Assembly (NCBI GenBank): GCA_951812855.1
Contig: OX638337.1
Span: forward strand, 1,770,001 to 1,802,000
Direction: 5' to 3'
DNA: 32,000 bases
Origin: an uncultured Lentisphaeria bacterium
GTDB taxonomy: Bacteria; Verrucomicrobiota; Lentisphaeria; JABSQK01; JAJFLO01
Below are positions 8,986 to 16,440 of the stretch, in pieces (within the stretch, counting starts at the first letter, position 1; every line of letters starts with the position of its first letter). Below the pieces are notes generated by a model. That model was given only the letters and a program-made list of their open reading frames with translations. It ran no database searches and was not told where the DNA came from. Position numbers and translations under genes: made by a program.

Positions 8986-9522
8986 TTATGAAAAACATGA
9001 CTGGCACCATGTTTGGAATTGCACCATGTCCATAACCATTATTTTCCGATCATCATTTTTGGTGCGCATTTTTCTAGTTTCCACCGCTTTTTTTAACCAG
9101 TATAACGCCCCCTTTTTCCAACCCTTTCCATCAATTAAGATGATGATCTCTTTTTCCTCCCAACGCTCAATTGCGTTGAGATAAACATAGGGCAATTTTT
9201 CATCTACACTACCGCTAACAGCTTGCCATTTGCACTCTACCCTGCAAAATATATTGTTTTGTGGGTCAGATATTATAAATTCACTCCTACTTAAAGACTG
9301 GGAAGAAGGAGTTGGTACATGTTCAGTTTCAGCAACTTTATAAATTGATATATATGGTGCATTTTTAATCAGGTATCTCTGTTTTTTTTGTGCTTGTGTT
9401 AGTTTTATCCATTCACGATAGGGTATAATATCAAACCCTCTTGGTATTAGAGCGTTGCTAACAACCCCCTCAAGAATTTTCCCAGATTTATTGGCGTTTG
9501 AACCTTGACTAGGCATTGTCAT
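8986..9522 (-). CDS. Putative type II restriction endonuclease (PD-(D/E)XK fold)
   Basis: The 178-aa ORF has a candidate catalytic motif D86...E96-C-K98 (SEFIISDPQNNIFCRVECKWQ) followed by GSVDEKLPY. Its ATG overlaps the stop codon of the upstream methyltransferase gene (ATGA at 9519-9522), implying translational coupling. The family and specificity are not recognisable by eye. Confidence 0.55.
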   Translation of the reverse strand: MTMPSQGSNANKSGKILEGVVSNALIPRGFDIIPYREWIKLTQAQKKQRYLIKNAPYISIYKVAETEHVPTPSSQSLSRSEFIISDPQNNIFCRVECKWQAVSGSVDEKLPYVYLNAIERWEEKEIIILIDGKGWKKGALYWLKKAVETRKMRTKNDDRKIMVMDMVQFQTWCQSCFS

Positions 9523-10130
9523 CTAACTTTAATGCAAGTGCCATGCACTTTGAAATGTGTTTTGAATTTTTTATATTGTTCACCAAAATAAAAAAACACC
9601 TGACCCCGTGTGTTGTTGCTGACCACCTTATGATCGGTGTTCCAAAAACTAATACGATGATGGGTCAAGCACAACCCATTACAGCGGGCGATGATTGCCT
9701 GAAACCAACGTGTTTCTGTGGCGTTATTAGTCAAAATAATACCTGATTGTATATGCCCTGTCTTGTATTCATTTAGATACTTATTGACACAATCAATGAT
9801 TAACTTGGCTGAGTAGGGTGGGTTCATAAAAACAGAGACCCGTTTTGCTACTGCCCAGCTTTGATTTAACCCATTAGTATCCTCATTAAAATAATATTTT
9901 GCTTTTACGATTTTATTTGCCTGCGGACTTGAAAAAGGATCCAATATAATCTGTCCCATCACTGATTTCGCACTTTCTATATACTCTTCTGGCGTGAACC
10001 AGGCATCGCTCTTTCGATTATGACTAGGAGTGCGTCCGATATAGCCAAGACGATTTTTATTGGCTATACTCCTAGTCACTGGATTAGGACATGAGCGATG
10101 ATTAAATGTGGATATGGTATTGTCTTGCAT
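9519..10130 (-). CDS. DNA N6-adenine methyltransferase of the phage Dam-like family (small, single-domain)
   Basis: The 203-aa ORF shows WFTPEEY, ILDPFSS and catalytic motif IV NPPYS (aa 103-107, nt 9810-9824). This order is typical of the small phage-type Dam family (WxTP ... DP ... NPPY). The target sequence is unknown. Confidence 0.8.
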   Translation of the reverse strand: MQDNTISTFNHRSCPNPVTRSIANKNRLGYIGRTPSHNRKSDAWFTPEEYIESAKSVMGQIILDPFSSPQANKIVKAKYYFNEDTNGLNQSWAVAKRVSVFMNPPYSAKLIIDCVNKYLNEYKTGHIQSGIILTNNATETRWFQAIIARCNGLCLTHHRISFWNTDHKVVSNNTRGQVFFYFGEQYKKFKTHFKVHGTCIKVR

Positions 10131-10167
10131 TAGATGAGTTCCTGATTTAACGCCTTTATTATGATAG

Positions 10168-10194
10168 ATTATATCAGGCGTCTGTTGGAGTCAA
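10168..10194 (-). promoter_or_regulatory. Candidate sigma-70-type promoter for the MTase/REase pair, with the -35 element contributed by the right TIR
   Basis: The minus strand reads TTGACT (10194-10189), then 15 nt, then TATAAT (10173-10168), about 38 nt upstream of the MTase ATG at 10130. The 15-nt spacing is shorter than the optimal 17. An inverted repeat ACGCCT/AGGCGT (10150-10155 and 10176-10181) brackets the -10 element. Confidence 0.3.
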
Positions 10195-10218
10195 GTATGT
10201 ATATAATTCCCTAATTTT
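10187..10218. repeat. Right end of the R-M cassette, with terminal inverted repeat ggagtcaagtatgtatataattccc (10187-10211) followed by direct repeat TAATTTT (10212-10218)
   Basis: See the left-end entry for the alignment. The repeat ends 15 nt from the kinase stop codon (10233-10235). A further partial copy of the TIR tip (tatataatccc, 10221-10231) sits just outside the direct repeat. Confidence 0.75.
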
Positions 10219-10232
10219 GATATATAATCCCT

Positions 10233-13200
10233 TTACTGATCACGAATAGCTGTTGCCATTTTAGATACATCAGTTTGAGATTGACTGTTTAATTCCAATA
10301 TTCCAAATGTTGAAGGATTTCGAGATTTAAATCCCGGGGAGGATGAAATCAAGGTTTTTTTATCCCGATCAGAATCTGCAACAACAATATTAAATCCCAA
10401 CTGATACTCGGGGAAAAAATTTGCTTCCTTCTCATTATAAGGAGTATTAAAAAATTGTTCGTCAGAATCGGAATAAAGGACTCTGTTTTTTCCCATTGAT
10501 ACGGTTTTATTGTTGTAGAGCACCGGGAATGGAATTTCTATTTCCAAAGTATAACCATCAACTGATTTCGATGCGGCTGTTTTTATTTCCCGATTTAAAT
10601 CTGTACTCATTAACGGTATTGATACTGTGGTTTCAGGGGAATTTTTATCAAAATCACCCGGATTTACAAGTAATAAAAAGTCATCGCCGGACATAACACT
10701 TTCTGTAAAATCTTCAGACAACTGTAAATCCAGCCACAGTTCAATATGATCACGATCTTTAACACCGGCCGTCACATTTGTTTCGCTGAGATCTAAATCA
10801 AAAACCCGAAATGCCCAATAAATATAATCTTTATTCCACGCACTATAGTATTCGCATGAAATTGTGTCATTGACAGATTCTTTTTCTGTCAAATTTGATG
10901 TTGTTGACATTACAGCCGGTTCTAAATGTTGCCAATCTTTCAGATTACCATCAACCGATATCAACTGATTGGATTGATAAGAAACAAATCGTGTTAATTC
11001 AGTTTCCGAATTCCTCCATCGTAATAAATTCTGCGGCAATTTTTTTTCTTTGTGAAGATTCATATAAGACATAAATGAATCAATGACAATTCCCCCAAAT
11101 GCATTTTGATTGGTGTAATGATTTGTAACTAACTGAAGTTGCTCTTCCATTGATTTCCAGCCTTCTTCATAAAATGTATTATGTCGAAAAAAATGAATAC
11201 CATCGGCGAAATTTCCAGTTTGATTTGCAATTATCGTTTTTTTAGATACCTGGTTTGCAAATTTTATACAGTTCTCAGACGAATTAATAATTGAAAGGGC
11301 GTTATCATAATAATCTGATAAAATTGTGTAATCAACAATAGAAATAATCTCCTCCAATAACTTCAAATCTGTATTCATTTCACGTGAAAGCATGAAACTT
11401 AATTTGAAATTCTGACCTGGGAATGTCGCAATAAGACCGTTGATTTTTTTTAGCAAAATTAATAAGTTTTCCTGAAACGCCTTGTCACCAGCGATTTGAG
11501 CTGACTGATCTGCATTGAGACCAATTAATAAGCCTTCTATTTTTTGAGCATCCCGGGTTAATTCGTTAAACTCCAATATGCTGCGTATTTGCCGATGTAT
11601 TTCAGAATGTAAGTCTTTTGATGACCAATCCTCTTTGATCATGAAGAGATTTGGAGAAATCTCCTTAGTTTTACATTCATTCAGGAACTGGATTAGGAGA
11701 TTTTCGTTCCGTGAATCTTTAATAAAATAATGATCCGGATTATGGGTTAAAACAAATACAGTATCAATTGCAGCTGTTTCACATAATGAAAATAAATGAC
11801 GCTTTATGATCGGATATAAAACGGGATTTACATCTCTGATTATTAACCCTCGGGAAAGTACAGCATTAGACTCTGCTTCAGGATAGATTACATCATTGCC
11901 TATTTTATCTGACAGGAACATTAGGTCATCTATATAAACAACACCTTTTCCGATATTGTTAAAGGAAAAATTCAGGGAAATAACCTGACTTACGTCGTGC
12001 TCGGTTTTGACTAAATCTAAAGGGAAAATTATTTCCTGCCACTCTCGCGTGATTCCCTTAGGCAAAAAATACTCAGCCTGACCTAATGATATTAGCTGGG
12101 AATCAGATTTTTCGTTTTTATTGGTCACAGTTACTTCGAAGCTTTCATTCCCGACAGTGCCTTTTACCCAGAGTGAGAGCGTTGCGTATTTTTCAAGATT
12201 AAGCTCGTCGAACCGATAGATTAAATCACACATGCCGGCGATCTTATGATCATAAGATACTTTCATGGACATACCACGCTCGCCCTTGAAATATTCAAGA
12301 CTCTTTTTCGGGAGGATAAAATTCGGAGACTGTGCTGCAATTTCAATCCCGTTATTCAATGATAAATCGTTAAAATCGTCAATCAATTTATGACTGTTAT
12401 AATGAATTATTTCAGAAAATAATTTTGAGATGTCATGTCTTAATCTGTCCATGCTACCGGTTTTCACCGGTAATTGATTTAACCTTTCCCCCAATGCTGA
12501 TATTTCAGCAAAAAACAGAAGCTGATCATCCTTGATATCATGTTTGTTTAACGATTTCGGATAGTGATTCTGCAGATATAATAACTCTTTTCGGCATAGA
12601 GATTCAATCCAGATGATATCGTTTGTTGTAATACTTGATACGGAAATGTCCTGATAATTTTCAAAAATATTCCAGGCCAGATCAAAGTCATTACGATTAT
12701 ATCCTGAGAACGGTATTTTTTTCAAATGCCCAAACATATATGTATCTAAATCCCGTCTCAGTTCAGGTTCGGATTTTAAGTCAAAGTCCTGGAGGATCGT
12801 ATTTCTAAAATCAACCATATCCTGAATATTATTTCCTTTTTGGGTAATAATATTTTCACTTATACTTACGATGTGTTCATACACCAGATTCCCGAGTTTA
12901 GACAGATAAAGGAGACGGGTCGACTCAGCCAAACCGGCCTCTGTAATTACCTGGATTCGATGATAAAGAGCAGCCAGGCTGATTAACTGCTGTTCATTTG
13001 CAGTGCCCTGTAAAACAGTCTTAAATTCCGCAATCAAACCGGAGGATTGATTTTGTAAAAAAGAGTCAATAAACTGATAATAATCCTCTGATCTATTCAG
13101 CACATCATCAATAAAAAATTCATTCGGCTTATTTGCCTTTATCTGTTTCAAAGAGAACTTCAGAAACTCGATTGAATCCTGTGGATTACGATTCGCGATC

Positions 13201-16200
13201 ATCGCCATGCTTTCATACCAGGGATCCAGTTTATACCGATAATTATAAATCTGATTCAGTTTATCCGAATCATTTCTTAATGAATGAACTCCCATAAAGC
13301 CCAGCACGAAAGTCAGTGTCAAAAAACTGTATCTGAGAACCTTCATTGTCCAGTCAAATCGTGACGGAACCGGAATGAGATTTGTAATCGGTGTATCAAA
13401 TGATTCAGAGGTATTTCCCCGAGATTTCAGGCGGGATAATTTTCGTAAATTTTTTGAAATTTCACGGCGACATCCAACGACATTTGAATACCGGCTTCCG
13501 GGATCGGGGTGAAGCATTTTTTCAAAAATTTTCAGCGTTCCGGAATCAAACGGGTGATTTAATTTCGGCACCCACCACTTTGCCCCCTTTTTCTTTACCC
13601 ATGAACTTCGTTTAACACACAATTTTTCCCAGTTTGATTCCGGCAGTCTCCATGGATAGGCAGATTGTCCGTTTAAGGTTTCAAACAAACAGAGCCCCAG
13701 ACTGAATATATCTGTTCTGACATCGCCTCTTTCACCGGTTATAATGATTTCCGGTGCCATATATTCGGGTGTTCCGGGAATTGCACCATTTGTACTCTCA
13801 CCCGTATTATCCTTAGCAATTCCCAGATCCAACAGTATGGGAACATCATCATCGTTTATGAATAAATTATCCGGTTTAACATCTCGATGAATAAACCCAT
13901 TCTTATGGCAATGCTCAACGGCTGACAGGTATCCCAGAAACCACCTGAGACCTCGTTCGACATCAATTTTATAGTCGTTCTCCACATCTTCAATTGCATT
14001 TTTGAGAGTCATTCCCCGGAGATATTCCATGACTAACAAAGGTGGACGCTGAATGGTTACATCCATTTGATTGTGGTCTGAGGCGACGTCAATGAATTTT
14101 ACAATATTTTTATGTCGTAAAGATTTTAATATTTTAGATTCATCATTTGCTCGTTCTATAGCTGATTTACGTTTTGAAAAAGATGCATTTTCTGTTCTCT
14201 TACTTACTTTTTGAGGGAACAGTTCATCCTTCAGGCTCTTCATTACAACACTGTCACCGTTACTTAATTGTCTGGCTTTATGAACATCTGCATGTCCTCC
14301 CGTTTCAACAATCTTTTCCAGATATTCATAATGATCATTTGAACCAATAACCACATTGCCAAATTTTTTGTCAATAAGCTTTGCATTGACTAACGATTCC
14401 AGGCGATTAATCGTCTCATTAAGGGCTTTTGGTTGACTTAACATTTTCAAAAGAATCCGGCTGAGTTCCGGTAAACTTGATAATAATAATTCTTTATCGA
14501 GTTCCGGTAACGTAATGTCATCGTTATCTGAATATTCATGTGCATGCCTGCGAAAATGTTTCAAATAGTCTGACGACAAATTATCAGGCGAAAAAATAAC
14601 GATCAACAGTTCGGCAACTCTCCTGATATCCTGCAGCTGATTCTGAATCAGTGACTCATCAGAGCAGCTGTTCAACGTCGAATGCCTAATCAAAATGTCA
14701 TTATTGAGATGCTCGAAAATAACAATTGAATGATGTGTCAGATTCCCGTGATAAAGTCGAAGCGAATGAATCATTTTAAGTTTGTTCAAAATCGCCTTTA
14801 AGACATTGAGAATATCTATAATATGATTTTGCTTAATGTGATTTTTAATAAAATCAGGTAAGAAAGTATGGTTTGTTATTGGATCAAAAACCGCCCATGA
14901 TTTGTTTGTTTTTATATCAGTAATGACCGATTGCGGCAGTCTCAGGTGATTCTCAAGTTGCTTAACAGATGTCAGTTTTTTGAGAATTTTCGTCCGATCA
15001 TCTAAATTTGAATCGGTTACATCCTCTAAAAAAACTATTTTCGGATTACTATGGTTTTTATTTAGAATGATTGACATCACCTTTGCCGCATCATTCTGAA
15101 TTAATTGATAATTCGGATAGCAATCCTTAACACGGTCCAGTAAGTGATCTAAACGACTTGCTTTGGATAAACATTTATTTATAAATTGAGCGTTTGCTTT
15201 TTTACCAGTTTCAGAAACTGCCCGACTATTTTTTACCCGGACCTGAGTTAACAGCTCATTGAGACCTTCCAGTACGTCTGAAAATGTTCTATAACGACAT
15301 TCCCGCACCCAGGCAAACCCCGCCTTAATATGGTGAATTAGTTCTTCATTCATACTCTTTACAGTTTCACCATCATAATCTACCGGTTGATTGAAACCGA
15401 ATGCTGCTGTCGGATAGAATTTTAGAATTTGACCGAGACTGAATCGCTGGGTCCGTTTCCTGGCTAAGCAACGTGTTACAAACGTCCTTAGCTTAGGATT
15501 ATTCTGGAAAACTTCATTCGAAAAATCAGTATTTTCTTCATTGTACGATTTTGCCCACTCTAATAATTCCAGAGGCGTATATGTCTTTAGTTCCGGAATC
15601 GGATTTTTACCGGTAATTGTTTCGTAAAAACACACACCAAAACTAAAGATATCCGATTCTTCATCCCCCCTGTTTGATGACGAATAGAATAATTCAGGGG
15701 CTATATAACCATAGGTGCCCGCAGCTAATCCGGAATCTGCTGTGGCTGTACCGTCTTTTTCAGTGGCAATTGAAAAATCTGTCAACTTTAATGTTCCGTC
15801 ATCACATATGAAGATATTGCTCGGTTTAACATCTCGATGGATAATCTTTTTTTCGTTTATTCTGTGAGCATAGTGAAGTGCCTTTGCACATTGGATAAAA
15901 ATGTTTATTGCATCTTCGAGGGGCACATTGTTAACACGGCTTAATTCTTCTTTCAGAGTATTGCCGTTGAGCCACTCCATGACAAGGAAATCACGGACAA
16001 TCCCACTCTGAGTTGCTCGAATACATGACGTGGCAGAAACAATACTCTCATGCTTGAGATTGATTGGGTAGGCTTCTTTTTTGAGAGATGCGTTATATTT
16101 CAATCGTTTTAATGCAACTCTATTACCTGTCTGCTTATCTTTTGCCTCAAAAACATCACCGAAACTACCGGACCCGATACATTCACCAATGCTGAAAATT

Positions 16201-16223
16201 TGTTCGATATCGATTACAGACAT
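10233..16223 (-). CDS. Giant (1996 aa) transmembrane receptor with tandem Ser/Thr protein kinase domains and a ~1000-aa carbohydrate-binding-type ectodomain
   Basis: Kinase 1 spans aa ~10-270 with GSGSFGDV, VALK (K39), HRD at aa 129-131 (nt 15831-15839), DFS at 149-151 (nt 15771-15779) and GYIAPE. A degenerate kinase-like segment lies around aa 380-560 (LRLYHGNLTHHSIVI). Kinase 2 spans aa ~632-905 with VVMK, HRD at 779-781 (nt 13881-13889), DLG at 799-801 (nt 13821-13829) and PEYMAPE. A TM helix lies at aa ~962-982 (nt 13278-13340). The ectodomain has a beta-sandwich CBM/CIA30-like module (aa 1318-1440), a glycoside-hydrolase-like alpha/beta region (aa ~1455-1745) and a CBM9-like C-terminus (DGNLKDWQHLEP...YIYWAFRVFD...DHIELWLD, aa ~1750-1975). 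Confidence 0.9.
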   Translation of the reverse strand: MSVIDIEQIFSIGECIGSGSFGDVFEAKDKQTGNRVALKRLKYNASLKKEAYPINLKHESIVSATSCIRATQSGIVRDFLVMEWLNGNTLKEELSRVNNVPLEDAINIFIQCAKALHYAHRINEKKIIHRDVKPSNIFICDDGTLKLTDFSIATEKDGTATADSGLAAGTYGYIAPELFYSSSNRGDEESDIFSFGVCFYETITGKNPIPELKTYTPLELLEWAKSYNEENTDFSNEVFQNNPKLRTFVTRCLARKRTQRFSLGQILKFYPTAAFGFNQPVDYDGETVKSMNEELIHHIKAGFAWVRECRYRTFSDVLEGLNELLTQVRVKNSRAVSETGKKANAQFINKCLSKASRLDHLLDRVKDCYPNYQLIQNDAAKVMSIILNKNHSNPKIVFLEDVTDSNLDDRTKILKKLTSVKQLENHLRLPQSVITDIKTNKSWAVFDPITNHTFLPDFIKNHIKQNHIIDILNVLKAILNKLKMIHSLRLYHGNLTHHSIVIFEHLNNDILIRHSTLNSCSDESLIQNQLQDIRRVAELLIVIFSPDNLSSDYLKHFRRHAHEYSDNDDITLPELDKELLLSSLPELSRILLKMLSQPKALNETINRLESLVNAKLIDKKFGNVVIGSNDHYEYLEKIVETGGHADVHKARQLSNGDSVVMKSLKDELFPQKVSKRTENASFSKRKSAIERANDESKILKSLRHKNIVKFIDVASDHNQMDVTIQRPPLLVMEYLRGMTLKNAIEDVENDYKIDVERGLRWFLGYLSAVEHCHKNGFIHRDVKPDNLFINDDDVPILLDLGIAKDNTGESTNGAIPGTPEYMAPEIIITGERGDVRTDIFSLGLCLFETLNGQSAYPWRLPESNWEKLCVKRSSWVKKKGAKWWVPKLNHPFDSGTLKIFEKMLHPDPGSRYSNVVGCRREISKNLRKLSRLKSRGNTSESFDTPITNLIPVPSRFDWTMKVLRYSFLTLTFVLGFMGVHSLRNDSDKLNQIYNYRYKLDPWYESMAMIANRNPQDSIEFLKFSLKQIKANKPNEFFIDDVLNRSEDYYQFIDSFLQNQSSGLIAEFKTVLQGTANEQQLISLAALYHRIQVITEAGLAESTRLLYLSKLGNLVYEHIVSISENIITQKGNNIQDMVDFRNTILQDFDLKSEPELRRDLDTYMFGHLKKIPFSGYNRNDFDLAWNIFENYQDISVSSITTNDIIWIESLCRKELLYLQNHYPKSLNKHDIKDDQLLFFAEISALGERLNQLPVKTGSMDRLRHDISKLFSEIIHYNSHKLIDDFNDLSLNNGIEIAAQSPNFILPKKSLEYFKGERGMSMKVSYDHKIAGMCDLIYRFDELNLEKYATLSLWVKGTVGNESFEVTVTNKNEKSDSQLISLGQAEYFLPKGITREWQEIIFPLDLVKTEHDVSQVISLNFSFNNIGKGVVYIDDLMFLSDKIGNDVIYPEAESNAVLSRGLIIRDVNPVLYPIIKRHLFSLCETAAIDTVFVLTHNPDHYFIKDSRNENLLIQFLNECKTKEISPNLFMIKEDWSSKDLHSEIHRQIRSILEFNELTRDAQKIEGLLIGLNADQSAQIAGDKAFQENLLILLKKINGLIATFPGQNFKLSFMLSREMNTDLKLLEEIISIVDYTILSDYYDNALSIINSSENCIKFANQVSKKTIIANQTGNFADGIHFFRHNTFYEEGWKSMEEQLQLVTNHYTNQNAFGGIVIDSFMSYMNLHKEKKLPQNLLRWRNSETELTRFVSYQSNQLISVDGNLKDWQHLEPAVMSTTSNLTEKESVNDTISCEYYSAWNKDYIYWAFRVFDLDLSETNVTAGVKDRDHIELWLDLQLSEDFTESVMSGDDFLLLVNPGDFDKNSPETTVSIPLMSTDLNREIKTAASKSVDGYTLEIEIPFPVLYNNKTVSMGKNRVLYSDSDEQFFNTPYNEKEANFFPEYQLGFNIVVADSDRDKKTLISSSPGFKSRNPSTFGILELNSQSQTDVSKMATAIRDQ

Positions 16224-16440
16224 AATTTTGGAATGGATAACTGAAATAAAATTAGATTGAAAATTTTTTTACGCAGATTGAGTACTCTATACCCGATTGA
16301 ACTCATCAACCAGTAATTAAATTATTACTGATGTCAATACCCTTAACTTACATTGTTATAATAACTAACTAAACATGTTGGAGAGCAAAAAGAAAACACT
16401 AATAAATAGAATCGGAAATTTGTCAATCCAATCTCATCAA

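Larger units (their letters stand above)
8937..10211. mobile_element. Non-autonomous transposon-like cassette carrying a two-gene restriction-modification module (TIRs and a 7-bp target-site duplication, but no transposase)
   Basis: Terminal inverted repeats lie at 8937-8958 and 10187-10211, flanked by the direct repeat TAATTTT. The cargo is the MTase (9519-10130) and nuclease (8986-9522) genes, which overlap by ATGA. No transposase-like ORF lies between the repeats. Confidence 0.6.

Noticed and set aside
9002-9017. A sigma-54-like element, TGGCAC-catgt-TTGG, lies on the plus strand, with a nearby repeat of GCACCATGT.
   Set aside because: It lies inside the nuclease coding region on the antisense strand. 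The -12 element is TTGG rather than TTGC. No plus-strand gene follows for more than 7 kb. The repeat is explained by the encoded peptide (MDMVQFQTWCQ).
13821-15779. The DFS and DLG substitutions might mark both kinase domains as pseudokinases.
   Set aside because: Both domains retain the catalytic Lys, the alphaC Glu, HRDxKxxN and APE. The metal-binding Asp of DFG is intact, and only the following residues vary. Inactivity is therefore not supported from sequence alone.
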